Source: a virus. Taken from it: a stretch of DNA of 64,000 nucleotides. The stretch's first letter is position 1. Every line of letters starts with the position of its first letter. The DNA is taken from positions 1 to 64,000 of the IMG/VR virus record IMGVR_UViG_3300023179_000032. The stretch is one strand, 5' to 3'. Below, one piece after another: positions 36,601 to 48,100 of this stretch. A program made the position numbers and the translations under genes. The notes under the pieces are model-generated. The model saw nothing but the letters and a program-made list of their open reading frames with translations, ran no database searches and was not told the origin of the DNA.

Positions 36601-36751
36601 CCAATAATTTTACAAAATTTTCATTAAATAGTTCACCATAATTTTCAGTATTTTTACCTATTAGATTTAGATCCGTAGTAATTTTATCTACAGTACCGTC
36701 CAAGATATCTGTTAGTATAGTACCATTAGTTTTATTCAGTGTATATGGCAT
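33665..36751 (-). CDS. long tail fibre protein
   Basis: Same N-terminal domain; beta-repeat shaft; C-term AGDRLLIDTT...LP...GDEI..ID module. Confidence 0.8.
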   Translation of the reverse strand: MPYTLNKTNGTILTDILDGTVDKITTDLNLIGKNTENYGELFNENFVKLLENFSNNEPPTSPLKGQLWFDSSDNTLKIYNGNEFIAFARPIVSSSQPSTTVGDFWFNNETRQLFFNDGNGLRLAGPLYTEQQGVSGFEIATVKDITGSNHIIAKLKLGNILVGVFSNEEFTPNYTVGEGVKLASELVTGDIKKGFTPLSIGFEFDVTAARAKSLVDNFGQPISVDEFVKVTGNNLIDGRLSVSGANTLSPGDLLNKPLSLGWGPNLTFEMERPPEASTLNPPVRLRNNRADQNFLITVKDGTTFHDAVFIKAAGSKVGIFNSSPESTLDIGGETKIRGDLTTTLEATINVFNSDARIINFGGAADDITIGKTLGTTKVISDAIVNKTLKINGQNLLTDNSIFNLLNQTVQTINFGQQATSISIGDNNGVVTFRNNVQINGDLNITGVYQIDNIQIKNNLVASIGNFDLELGANQVNYGIKFMDRTTAQEDLITKKGLTLSDIGEIKVDPAFTGNFYLLNTTARKIFFGGATGGYQGGIYVGNGNDPESKTHVLNKIQTYKDLVIGDETGLNAVLTTQVPATTANIIPNTEQLVLGQNSLTIDIFGELGSTRKTSRNLNINASNVVIEGDLEIQGSDIFCTSQEGSIFNNVLTLKIGNNSANIIAGGSATITEFGGQVTVGSTGNVTLRTLTIAGKITGLVSASSNVQAFEFAGSSLENVYLGRQCDNIQIGPGSQYGAPDNPVPGSENESWWTTPYPTTNSTLNQDGLTIAPRNNVFVRRIQQGTSYFDITRTQFPVVIARNNLLVRKMLLIPNDQHYATGGLLFRNNDMEMVSTSAITTDEDGNLTVGGTTNFLGLVYGATATSPVVMYAAKINNNLEVVGDVVSTDVNKSMFTGVNNLTIGGALNSSLNLGGSTSNVNIVGRLRPVWKSVTTNYDAYAGDRLLIDTTNGAFEVRLPPNLTNPTQPIPGDEIRLIDAKNLSVFEVEVIRNGNKINGSGADLTLNTAGAALTLVYTGSERGWCYDDTV

Positions 36752-38802
36752 TATATTTTTCCAGTATAAATTATATAGTGCATACCGTCAGTTAATCTTG
36801 CTAGACCAGAGCCAGTTCCAGCTGCTATAGCCGTAAATACTGCATTAACTGTAGGTGTTCCAGTAAAACCAAGAGCCACCCAATCTGTAGTGCCTAATTC
36901 TGTAATTGTGTAACTTAGTCCTGGAATAAATTCTCCAGCATAAAAATTAGGAACCTGTTTTCTAAGGTCTGGCAGTGCAAAAGTTAAAACCCCTGTGTTA
37001 AAGCTGGGTAAGGATCCTTGAGGCATATATTTGTAGCCCACCTTACTAAAAAGATCAGCATATAGGCTTTGTGGTACTTCCCTTCCATCACAGGGCAAAT
37101 AACCATTAGGTAAATTACTTAGTCCAGCACCAAATAATATTACAGTACCAGTAGGTATTACTGATAAGCTTTCTGAAATAGATTTTTTACTTACTTTGTA
37201 ATAAAGATCATCTTCACTACTTTGAATTAAAAATACATCGTTATTCTTAACATAATTTACTGGCTCTTTGTTTTTATAAAAGGATGTAGTTATTTCTGTT
37301 TTTATACTGATTGTAGCAGGAGCATTTTTAATACTAATAGGTAAATTTGGTGCTGCCTCATTAGTTAAATTTATATCACTATTGGTAGCTGTTGTTATAG
37401 TAACTGCTTCACCAAACCCTAAACTATATCCATTTATAGTACCAGTACCATTGCCAATTGTAAAATTATTAGCTGTAAAATTTCCAAAAATTTGAGGATA
37501 GTTATTGAGACTGCCTATAGAATTAACATATATAGTTTGCCAAGGATTGTCCTCAGAACCTAATGTTTGAGTAGCTACTCCAATATCATTAACTCTTGGT
37601 ATTATATCACCCACATTAACTATATTTCCGTAAACAGATTCAAATGTAGGATCCAATGTATTCCAAGTTATATCACCTATAATACTTAAATCTTGACCTA
37701 TTTCTACAGATCCATCAGCAGTAATACTATTGCCTTGGATATCCCCGCTAGCTTTCAAATCCCCATTAATATCTAATGTAGCCTGAGGGTTAGTATTGTT
37801 AATACCTACTCTACCATTATTATCGCCACTCATTCTCACTACAGTTCTGTAGTCAGCACTATTTTCTTTCTTAATTCTAAAATCTATACTTGAGTCAGCG
37901 TTTTTGTTGTAGATATATGCACCAGTAGTATCTTTAGCTAGAATATATGAACTATCAGATCCTAATACAATACCGTTATCAGCCTTTACATTGAATTGAT
38001 AATTTGTAGTGCTAATTACATCTGATCTTAAAAAGTTATTAGCACCTACAACATCACTGCCAATAATTAAGGATAATGCTTTTTCGCTAGTACCCCAATA
38101 TCTCGTATTAATATCAAATGAACTGGAACTTAAATTAAAGCCTTGTTTAAGTTCTTTAAATCCTTCATAAATTAATTTTGGTGTAAACGCTTTGTCACTT
38201 ATTATAGCTATTCTTCTAGCTTTAAGAAAGAATGAAATTACAGCAACAGGCTGATTATCTAAATTGTTAATAATTTCTTCAACTTCAATACCTGTTTTTT
38301 CAAACGCATTAAACAGCGGTCCAACTAAACTGTATCCAGTACCATTCCAAATATATAATTGATTTTTACTAGTATCAACGTATAGGTCGCCCTTTTTAAG
38401 ATTAGTACTAGGCAGGTTTAATGTCGTTGGAGATACTGCGGCTTTCTTGATTATGCCTACAGATAACCAAGTTATACCATCAAAAACTTTTAATCCGTAT
38501 GTATCTTCACTATCTGCTGGAGATGGGGTTGGGTCAACTTCTTGTAGTGTATTAGTATTAAACCAAAGCTGTCCTCTTTCAGGATTACGTGGAGCTGTAT
38601 TTGACGCAAAATTTTCTAATAAATGTAGAAAGTTTTCAGCAATATCTTTTGAATAACTTGCTGCATATTTTTTTCCTAAAAATACTAGGGAAGTTGTATC
38701 ATCACTGCTGCCATCTGGGATCACAATATTATTGGATAATCTACCATTACTATTAGGTCTTGTTGGATCTGAAAATTCTATTTCAATACTCATATCAAGC
38801 AC
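36751..38802 (-). CDS. tail fibre with tail-collar domain
   Basis: Same N-terminal domain; IPTGTVILF...PNGYLPCDG...LF..VG...F.LPDLR collar motif. Confidence 0.85.
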   Translation of the reverse strand: MLDMSIEIEFSDPTRPNSNGRLSNNIVIPDGSSDDTTSLVFLGKKYAASYSKDIAENFLHLLENFASNTAPRNPERGQLWFNTNTLQEVDPTPSPADSEDTYGLKVFDGITWLSVGIIKKAAVSPTTLNLPSTNLKKGDLYVDTSKNQLYIWNGTGYSLVGPLFNAFEKTGIEVEEIINNLDNQPVAVISFFLKARRIAIISDKAFTPKLIYEGFKELKQGFNLSSSSFDINTRYWGTSEKALSLIIGSDVVGANNFLRSDVISTTNYQFNVKADNGIVLGSDSSYILAKDTTGAYIYNKNADSSIDFRIKKENSADYRTVVRMSGDNNGRVGINNTNPQATLDINGDLKASGDIQGNSITADGSVEIGQDLSIIGDITWNTLDPTFESVYGNIVNVGDIIPRVNDIGVATQTLGSEDNPWQTIYVNSIGSLNNYPQIFGNFTANNFTIGNGTGTINGYSLGFGEAVTITTATNSDINLTNEAAPNLPISIKNAPATISIKTEITTSFYKNKEPVNYVKNNDVFLIQSSEDDLYYKVSKKSISESLSVIPTGTVILFGAGLSNLPNGYLPCDGREVPQSLYADLFSKVGYKYMPQGSLPSFNTGVLTFALPDLRKQVPNFYAGEFIPGLSYTITELGTTDWVALGFTGTPTVNAVFTAIAAGTGSGLARLTDGMHYIIYTGKI

Positions 38803-39403
38803 CCATCAAGCCAGTTAAACTCTGTACTCTAACTGTATAATCAATTTGAATAAGTCTATTCAAACTTTTTTGTACAGGGTGAAAAATTACGTGCGTAAGT
38901 AATCTTTCACCTCCTGATTCATTATCTGTTACTAATCCTAGTTCATCAAATGTATATAAACTATTATTATCTGTAGTATTGTCAAATGCTTCCTGACCAT
39001 TAGGTTCACCATAATCTAGTAAACAGGTAACAAAAACATCTGTATAAGTTGTGCCGGTAACATGACGTGTTTCAATGTAATTTCTTACTGGATCTACGTT
39101 GGCCTTGTTAGCATCATCCACAATTTTGCTATATGTTTGGTTATATAAATTAGCATTGATTCCAGTAGTATTTGGGGTTAGATATGTAATAATTCCAGTA
39201 GGATCTACAGCAGTTCCTCCATTTCCAAAGATCATTTTAGTGATAAACCCACTTCCTGCGTTGGATAAACTGTTGGCTAGTGCAATACTCATATTTTCAT
39301 AATGAATAGCATTTCTTTTATTGATGTAGACTTTTTCAGATTGTGGATCCCAAATCTTAATGTGCCCTTCTATATGAATACCGCTATGATCTCTATTTTG
39401 CAT
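38795..39403 (-). CDS. baseplate/tail structural protein
   Basis: Late promoter upstream; FGNGG, FDELGL, LLTHVIF pattern of fibre-attachment proteins. Confidence 0.6.
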   Translation of the reverse strand: MQNRDHSGIHIEGHIKIWDPQSEKVYINKRNAIHYENMSIALANSLSNAGSGFITKMIFGNGGTAVDPTGIITYLTPNTTGINANLYNQTYSKIVDDANKANVDPVRNYIETRHVTGTTYTDVFVTCLLDYGEPNGQEAFDNTTDNNSLYTFDELGLVTDNESGGERLLTHVIFHPVQKSLNRLIQIDYTVRVQSLTGLMGA

Positions 39404-39421
39404 ATATTTTCTCTATCAAAA

Positions 39422-39429
39422 TATTTATA
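39422..39429 (-). promoter_or_regulatory. T4-type late promoter TATAAATA
   Basis: Exact consensus 19 nt upstream of ATG 39403. Confidence 0.75.
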
Positions 39430-39446
39430 ATTATTATTAACTGCTA

Positions 39447-41045
39447 CTATTTCAATCTTCTTCTTTGTCTGGGATAAACTCTGCCATTAGTGGGTCTAGC
39501 CTTATAGTTTAACTTGGGCCAAGTAGTACCCGAATCTGCTCTTTCTTTATTATAATATAAGTACCTATTAACTGATCCCTGTAAATTAGATGGATCAGCG
39601 AAATTACCCGAACTTTCAGTCATTTGATTATATTTACTGGTTTTGTAGATATAATCTAATGCTTCTGCCTGTGTCATATCTGGATATACTTCTAAGATAC
39701 AGGCTAAAACCCCTGTGACCTGAGGACTAGCCATACTAGTTCCACTATCTTTTAATATTTTATATGTCGAATTTCTAGGATCATTTACTCCACCAGTATG
39801 TACACTACTTATGATACTACGACCTGGAGCATATACATCTACTCTAGGTCCAGAATTACTAAAAGGAGCTTTACTATCGTTAATACTTCTTCCTACGGCA
39901 CCTACATTAATTTGTCCAGTAGCTTTGACTGGGCTGGTTCCTCGGTGATAATAAACAATAAAATTATTCCAAATATAATAATTATTATAGTCAACGCCTG
40001 TAGGAATATCTATTTTGCTATAGGAATTTCCAGCTGCACCTACCATAATAATACCATCATTCATAGCACTTATAGCATCAGCGTCTATAGCCAAGTATTC
40101 TGAACTAGTATATGTGTTTGCGCCATCGTTATAAACACCATATGTACCATATAGTGTACTACTTGTAAGGCCACTAGTATAATTTACTCCCCTAAAATTA
40201 ACTCTAGTAATGCCGGCGATATTTAGTTGAGCAACATACCCCCAACTATTATTAACAATAGTGGGATTACGTCTCCCTGTAATAGGATTGATAGGTTTGC
40301 TGTTGTGCCAGGCTCTGATATAATCAAATAACAATAATGTATCTATTCCATTAGAATCACCACCGTATGGATATATGTTATAAACATTAGCGCTTCTAGC
40401 CCAACCTTGTGTATTACCAGTAGCAGTTCCAGCTACGTGCATACCGTGATTATTATTTGCTTCTATAGTAGGATCGGTATATGGTCCATATACATAAGTT
40501 CCCGAAGTTGCTGCGTGTTGCAACCAATTATATTGTATGACTCTTGTTCCACCAGTACCATCACTGTTAACAGCCATTTCTGGATGATTTGGATTAATAA
40601 AACCATCAACAATAACAATGTCAACATTACGACCTTCAGCATTAACTGTTATAGTTCCTGATACTGTTTTTGTCGTTAATATACTATCATCACCCCAGTT
40701 TTCTCTTTGTTGACCTTCCACACAACGTAATAATCCCCAATTTTTATAATTAGAATTATTTGCAGTAGATTTATTCCAAAACGAACTGGTTTGAGTCCAT
40801 TGGGGCATTGGTTTGAGACCTAATTCTGTAGGAGTTAATTCACAGGCTAAAACTCTAGGATCATTCCTAACTTGTACTGCTTCTTCTTCAGTAAGATAAT
40901 AATGTGTATTAACACTAATAGGTCTACGATTAGCAACTTCTACACAACGATCTGGTATGTATAAGTTTCCACCAAGTGTTTCCATATCCTCATAGAAACT
41001 ATCTAAGTCATCGTGATTTTTTAATGTGACTACATATTCTTTCAT
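39447..41045 (-). CDS. subtilisin-like serine protease (S8)
   Basis: IVIVDG (Asp), NHGMHVAG (His), AAGNS (oxyanion), SGTSMASP (Ser); N-terminal prodomain-like region. Confidence 0.92.
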   Translation of the reverse strand: MKEYVVTLKNHDDLDSFYEDMETLGGNLYIPDRCVEVANRRPISVNTHYYLTEEEAVQVRNDPRVLACELTPTELGLKPMPQWTQTSSFWNKSTANNSNYKNWGLLRCVEGQQRENWGDDSILTTKTVSGTITVNAEGRNVDIVIVDGFINPNHPEMAVNSDGTGGTRVIQYNWLQHAATSGTYVYGPYTDPTIEANNNHGMHVAGTATGNTQGWARSANVYNIYPYGGDSNGIDTLLLFDYIRAWHNSKPINPITGRRNPTIVNNSWGYVAQLNIAGITRVNFRGVNYTSGLTSSTLYGTYGVYNDGANTYTSSEYLAIDADAISAMNDGIIMVGAAGNSYSKIDIPTGVDYNNYYIWNNFIVYYHRGTSPVKATGQINVGAVGRSINDSKAPFSNSGPRVDVYAPGRSIISSVHTGGVNDPRNSTYKILKDSGTSMASPQVTGVLACILEVYPDMTQAEALDYIYKTSKYNQMTESSGNFADPSNLQGSVNRYLYYNKERADSGTTWPKLNYKARPTNGRVYPRQRRRLK

Positions 41046-42166
41046 ATTTCAGCCTGCAATAAAGTTAGAGTTACTGTAATCGTAGCAGCTGATCCACTTA
41101 GATTGGTAACTGCTACAGGAATGTTAGTAGTTGGTGTTGCTTCATCATTAAAGCCAAATACTGCCGGAGCAAGTATTACTGTTTGTGATCCAGTTGTAAT
41201 AACTTCTGCAATTACTCCTGCATCGTAACTTGGATCAATTCCTTGTGCTCTACTAGCATCTGCGGTTCTTGTTGCATTACTTACATATAGTCTTACCCAA
41301 GCAGCATGGCTCGTTGTAATTTTGTATAGCATATAACCTTTAAATCCAACAATATCTAAGTCAGCAGAGCTGTTATTTGCTATACTTGATGATGTGGAAT
41401 TTGACGTAGTCCTTGATCCTAGTAATATACTGCCCTGTATACCTTGAGCACCCTGTATACCTTGAATACCTTGAGCCGATGTTTCACCAGATAATCCTTG
41501 AAATCCTAGTATACCCTGTATACCCTGTATACCTTGACTACCTTCAATTCCTTGAACTCCGTCATTGCCTGTTATACCCTGTACACCTTGTATACCTTGA
41601 CTACCTTTAATTCCTTGAACTCCGTCATTGCCTGTTATACCCTGTACACCTTGTATACCTTGACTACCTGGAGGACCTGTATTTCCTGAATTACCAGTTC
41701 GCCCTTCTAATCCTTGTATTCCTTGTATACCTTGATTTCCTATAATACCACTAGTGCCTTGAAACCCTTGTGGTCCTTCTGATCCCTGAATACCTTGTAT
41801 ACCTTGAGATGCTGTTGCACCTTTTACACCCTGAATACCTTGGACACCTTGATTTCCATCAACACCTATGATACCATCTTGTCCTCTGATACCTTGTATA
41901 CCTTGACGACCTTGAGTACCTTGGCTTCCATTACTGCCTACAAATCCATCCTGACCTCTGATACCCTGTGTACCTTGATTACCTTTTATACCTTGTACAC
42001 CCTGTAAACCTTGCATTAAAGAAAGATTTTGAATACTGTATTCTAAAGACTGAATAGTATCATAAGTTTCAGTAAAATTTTGATTAATTTTTATAGCCGC
42101 TGCTCTGATAGTATCACCAGTTCCATCATTAGCTCTTGTTCCTACACTAATCGTTTGCTTTGCCAT
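41042..42166 (-). CDS. collagen-like virion fibre protein
   Basis: N-term G..ANDGTGD.IR.A..KIN.NF (gp9/gp10-like anchor); long G-x-y run (GIQ/GxQ). Confidence 0.85.
   Translation of the reverse strand: MAKQTISVGTRANDGTGDTIRAAAIKINQNFTETYDTIQSLEYSIQNLSLMQGLQGVQGIKGNQGTQGIRGQDGFVGSNGSQGTQGRQGIQGIRGQDGIIGVDGNQGVQGIQGVKGATASQGIQGIQGSEGPQGFQGTSGIIGNQGIQGIQGLEGRTGNSGNTGPPGSQGIQGVQGITGNDGVQGIKGSQGIQGVQGITGNDGVQGIEGSQGIQGIQGILGFQGLSGETSAQGIQGIQGAQGIQGSILLGSRTTSNSTSSSIANNSSADLDIVGFKGYMLYKITTSHAAWVRLYVSNATRTADASRAQGIDPSYDAGVIAEVITTGSQTVILAPAVFGFNDEATPTTNIPVAVTNLSGSAATITVTLTLLQAEI
41526..41668. repeat. 63-bp tandem repeat (~2.3 copies) in collagen region
   Basis: Period 63 at 41526/41589/41652; one mismatch (E/K). 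Confidence 0.9.
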
Positions 42167-42168
42167 TT

Positions 42169-45100
42169 TTATTCCTCATCTGTCCTTGCAATATCAGAAT
42201 CAAAAGTATAGTTTGTACTATCTAAAGTAGCCTTTGTTCCTTCATAAGTATCTACATCAATCTGTAAAAATTCTGCAATCTTATTATTAGATTCACTCAA
42301 ACTTTTACCAATATCACCCCAAACTGTTCCTTGTTTTCTTACTATGGTTATTCGTTTATTTAATGGATCTTCACGTAATTTTATAAACCCAAGGTCTTTG
42401 TTTACACTAGCTCCATGATTTACCCCATCTGTTATTAGATCAGCTGCATAAGATATGTCACCTTCTGGGCTATGCGGACTAATAGTTTTATCGTGTATAC
42501 TATACGGAATCTTTTTCAATCTATTAGTTCCAACAAATACCTCTAAATCTAGTACACGTTTATTATAGTTTGTTGTACTATCTGGATCATCTACTATAGG
42601 TTCCCAAGGTACAACCAATGTATTTGAAGAATCATCTAAAAATGCTAGATCAGTACGTGCCCAATTAAGATTTTTTACACTTGGATAATGTGTTATATCA
42701 CTTTCTACTAGTTCCCACCAAGTTGGTTCAAGATTAGGTGTTTTGGAAACATTTAGATTCTGTTTACTTCTATAAAGCTTTTCGTTATATATGACCTGTT
42801 GATTTAAAATATAAGTTTTACTTGATTCCCAAAGTTTATAATTAATTCCAGTAATCTGCTGCCAACTTTGTCCGTTGTAATTTACTACCTCATCCTGCAA
42901 GTACCTATAATTCGGATCCCAAATACCTAACCATTTGTAAGTTTTTGTTTCATCCTTATATGGTACTGTTTCTCTAAAACCAATATCATATACTTCTGTT
43001 CCTAACTTATGAACCTTAGGAACTCCTGTTCCCATAGTGCCTCTGCGTAGTTCTGTTATTTTATTACCAATACGACTCATATATTCAATACGTTCACCAT
43101 TAATGTACACGACCCCAGGTACGTTTGATATTCTATTAGCTTCAGATATTACTGATGAATCTTCAATATAGATGTCTTTATCTGTAGCATTTAAATTGCG
43201 TAATAATCTAGTAGTTCTATTTTTATTCAATCTAATATATGAATAATTGTTTAACATATCCTTAAAAATCATAAAACGCACAGGTATTCTATTAACATTA
43301 CTACTAAAAGTGATGATACCAAATCTATCATCTTCATTAGGAGTTTCAGTAAATCTAATACTGCGTCTATCTTCTCTTAAGATATAATCTGTTAAGGGTA
43401 CTAATAGTTTTTGATTTTTTGTTACCCAAACATAATTTGAGTTTTTAATTTGTGTATCAAAATACAATACTCCGCCACTAGCCTCAATTAAAACAGGATA
43501 ATATATGCTATCTATTAGATTGTTTACATTTTTTTCTATAGTTAAGTAAAATCTACCAATATCCAATAGGTCGTGATTAGTCATTGCTAAAATTTCTACC
43601 TGTGTGCCTAAAGGATAAACTGTCCTTAGTCTTATTCTACTATAACCTAAATCATTATCTATACGATATTCAGCAAACTTAGTAATAGAAACTGTAACTT
43701 CTGCATTTTCCTTATAATAATTAGGCTTAATTGTAATAGTCTTTTCTAACAAATTTAAAGAATAAGCAATAGCATCTGGAACTTTTATGCTATTAATAAA
43801 AACTTCATAATCAGTAGTACTGTATACATCAAGATCACCTTTGTTTAAAGGAATAGGATAAGTTACTTGTCTATTCTTTAGTATAAACCTAAATTGATCC
43901 ACACTATCTAAAATAGTATCACCAACTCTAACTAGTGTGTTTGGACCTAAAGGAGTTTTGTATCCAACAATATTATCTAAACGATAGAATTGATTAACAC
44001 CATCAGTTGTAATAATTTCTCTAGTTAATATACTTTGATCTGAACTACTGCCTAAAAATACACTGTATAGTACAACATCACCTACATTTAATACTTCGGG
44101 GAATGTTACACCAATTTTTCCAACTTTAATGTATGATTCTACATCATCTAAAATTTTAACCCAATATTTAGAATTTACTACAAAATCTCTATCTTCTTGG
44201 CTATAGACTAAGGGTAAATTGCTAAAATTATTATCTATTAAGGATTGATATACTTTAGTTTGATAAACAACCTCATCATTTAATTTATAACTAACATTGG
44301 ATTGCCAAGCACCTCTAGTTTTAAAAGGAATATTTGATATTGGTTTACCAGCTACTACAGTATAAACACTGATATTGTCCTGATAATCTGCATCCAATAC
44401 TATAGTAGTGTTTTCTTCAGTTGCTACAATACTATCAATAGTAATTAAATTAGTACCATTAAAACCAAATCCTAAAATAGATAAGTTTTGACCAGCAGGT
44501 GGAGTATTTAAAAGTATAACATTTAAATTATTATAATCAAAATAATAATCATCACCTATTAATATGTCATCGTTTAATTTTACAATGATAGCTTTTTCAT
44601 TATTTGGATATGACGTTAATTTAAACTCTTTAGTAACGCCATCTGTAATATACCTAATACAATTAATTTCACTAGTAACAGTTATATTTCTTTCAAATAC
44701 TTTAATAGCCAATGTATCAGCAACATGCCCTGGAATCATTTCTTCAGGTGCTGGACTGGTCATTGGGGTGATAAATCCATCTCCATCAATTATGATATCA
44801 TCAGCACGTATACCAGAAGCTGTTCTATATGTTGGGTTGGCTGCTAGATTACCACCTTCTATAATGGTATCATAAATTTCATCGTCTGTTGGTTCTCCTG
44901 AATCCCATCCTTTACTGGCCCAACTAAATTCTCCATCCCACAGGTTTAACTTACTAAATCCAATACTGCTGATACTTACTCCACCATAATCAATACCAGT
45001 CATTAATTGATCAAAATCAATTCCTAGCATACCAGCAGTTGGCTTATAAAAATGCTTGATTCTTTCCAATGCGTTTAAATTATTGAAATCTTTTTGATAC

Positions 45101-48100
45101 TCAATGCGTATAGGCAAGTTTTCACCTGGAGGATAGTCAAACGTCACACTACCATAATAAACAGTATAACCCTTTTTTTGTGATGTTAACTTTTGAACTT
45201 CATATTCTGTAACAAAAATTTCTACATTATCTACAAAAACTTTAAATTTAGTTCTATCTATATCTGGGCTGTATCTTAGTTCGAAAGTTATAGTACTGCC
45301 ATCACCCGTAAATGTATCAATCACATTGACATTTAGGACATCATCAATACTTTCTTTTTCATATCTATCAAATTTTACTGCTAATCTACTATTTCTAATT
45401 AGACTATTGCCTAAAATAGCATATACACTTGCTTCTCTGCCAGTTTCAGTAAATTGACCTCTAATTCTAATTTGCGGAGCTATATAATAACCTTCTCCTG
45501 GATCCAGTATATCTACCTGTACAATTTTGCCTCTATTGATGTAAAATTTAATTTTTAAAGGTCTAGTACATTCACCTGTTATTTCTACTGTGGGGTAGCT
45601 AGTATATCCTTCACCTTGATCAATAATCTGTACTTTGGCCACATTAAAGGTTGTATTATTAAGCCAAGAATTCCAAGGTTGCAACTTAAACAAATTTTCA
45701 TTTTCAATAAACACAGAATTTTTTTCAAATTGTGTAAACAATGTGCGTATTTTACCTGTTTTATTAATATAAGATGGTAGATCAAAATCAGTTATTAGAC
45801 TATTACTACTTTCTATAGTGTCATATACACTTACGAATTCTCTTATTTTAGTTCTAAAGGGCTTTACTTCTTTAATATAACTTTCGTAATCTTCTAAATT
45901 ATCGTTATTAAAATTAACTTTTTGACGTAAAGGACCTACAAAATGTAAGACCTTAATAAAACTAGTCTTAAAAATCCAATCTACAAAGGGTTGTTCTTTT
46001 AAAATATATCTAATAGAAGCAAAGAATAAATCTATATAAATCTTTCTTCTATTATCTACTAAAATTTTATTTTTTAAACTGTTTAATATAATTCTTAATT
46101 CTTGTGAACCAACCCTATCATATAAATCACTATCATATAGTAATCCATCATAGCCTTGATCATTTATTCTAAAATTATAAAAATCAGTGCTAAGTTGTAT
46201 AGCTCCGTTTTTTCGACCTACTATTCGATATATTTGGGTATAATCTACAGCTATATCATTAGATATTTTAAGAGCTAGCACCCAATCATCAGACGAACCA
46301 ATATTGTTAACTTTAACAATATCACCAATATTTGATTGTACTTTTAATAGTTCATCATAATCATTAACAAGATGATTAATCTTTGTGAATTGATTATAGC
46401 CATCTTCATACCAATCAATAAAGTACCAATATTTTGTTACATCAAAATCTTTAGTTTTTACCTTAACCCAATTATTATTGATAAAATGGTAAATGGCCCA
46501 TTCATTTAGTGTATTTTCATCACTGCGAACAACTACACTTAAAGGTCTTACAGTAATAGTTGTGCTAGCACTATAGTTAAGACCCTTATTTAGAACTTCC
46601 ACATTTGTGATAGATCCTACAGAATTTATAGTTAATTTTAATTCGGCATTAGTACCTGTGCCAGATATAGTAACTGATGGAGGTACTTGATAACCATAAC
46701 CTTTCTCTATAATCTTAACCTGTGTTATTTTTCCTTGGAATACAACTGGTTCTAATTTAGCCTGAACAAATCTTTGTGATACTACAAATCTTAATTCACC
46801 ATAAACATCTTTTATATAATCGTAAAGACCAAAGCTTATGTGTGGTATTTCATCTTTTATATAAAAATCACTTAGATCAATATTATCAACCTGTATAGAT
46901 TTAAAATCATTATTAAACTTTTCAACTAGTAGTTTTACTGCTTCTAGTCTATTAACAAACATTGTTTGATTGGGGTTAAATTCAATACCGTAACGCAGTT
47001 TAGGTGGTATGTTTAATCTAGGTAACATAACACCGCTATCATCAAATCCAATTAAACTATCAAACCATTTCTTTTCAATATAGGGTGGTATGGATGTTTT
47101 TTCATTGTTTGATATAATCTTGTATTCATTGTGTACCTGTAGATTTTTAGGATCTTGTATCCAATATTGTAAACTTAATAGTATATTGTCCTTATCTAAC
47201 AAAGGAGTTACATTGGCCAAACTAAATGCATTTTTATCTAAAAATTTAATATATTTGATATTAGCATTTTTAGGATTTTCAATAATTGTTGTACAATCTA
47301 TAGATGCTATTTTTCTGCCATGCTTGTTAGGTATTATTTTTTTATTTTTTACCCAAAAATAGTAGGTTAAATTTACCTTATTACTTAGATTATCATAACT
47401 TTTTTTAATGCTATAAGCTTTATCACCATATAAGCTAAGACCACTTATTCCTAAACTTATACCATCAACAGTGTCAGCAAGTTCGTCCCATTGACTAGGT
47501 AAAAATCTAGATTCTACCCATTCGTAAACATCTATACTTGCAGTTGGGAATAAGGTGTTCCAAACACTGTTATTGTATACAACATCACCTATTGTCGCAT
47601 CTAAAAACTTAGCTCTACGTAGATCCCACCATAACATACCAACCTGTGCATCTGTCCAAGCCAAACCATCATCAACACTGATAGGACTGATGAACCCACT
47701 GTTTTTATAACTATAATTTGCAGGATCATAGTAAGTTTTAAATTTAATTTCTTGTTCGGCTATGCCTGCAATTTTACCCATTTTTGGATTAATAATATCC
47801 AAATATGTAATTAAATTATTATTTTTTCTATTATATAAGAATATTTTTTTGAACCAGTCTAAACTAATAGGGTCCTTTTCATGTAATTCTTCATTCCAGC
47901 TATAGGTGTTTCTTTTCTTTTCATGAATATATACAACACCATCTCTACTGTTTTGACTATTAGTTAGATTATGATTACCTATTATAATAGTATTATCGCC
48001 TATAGTTATGCTAGGTATTTCAGTAGTAACTGTAGGACTTATTGATAACGATTCTGAAAATATAAATTTTGTATTATATCTATCAAAAATATCAACTCTT

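Noticed and set aside
30819-38802. Diversity-generating retroelement acting on fibres
   Set aside because: No RT and no template/variable repeat pair visible by eye
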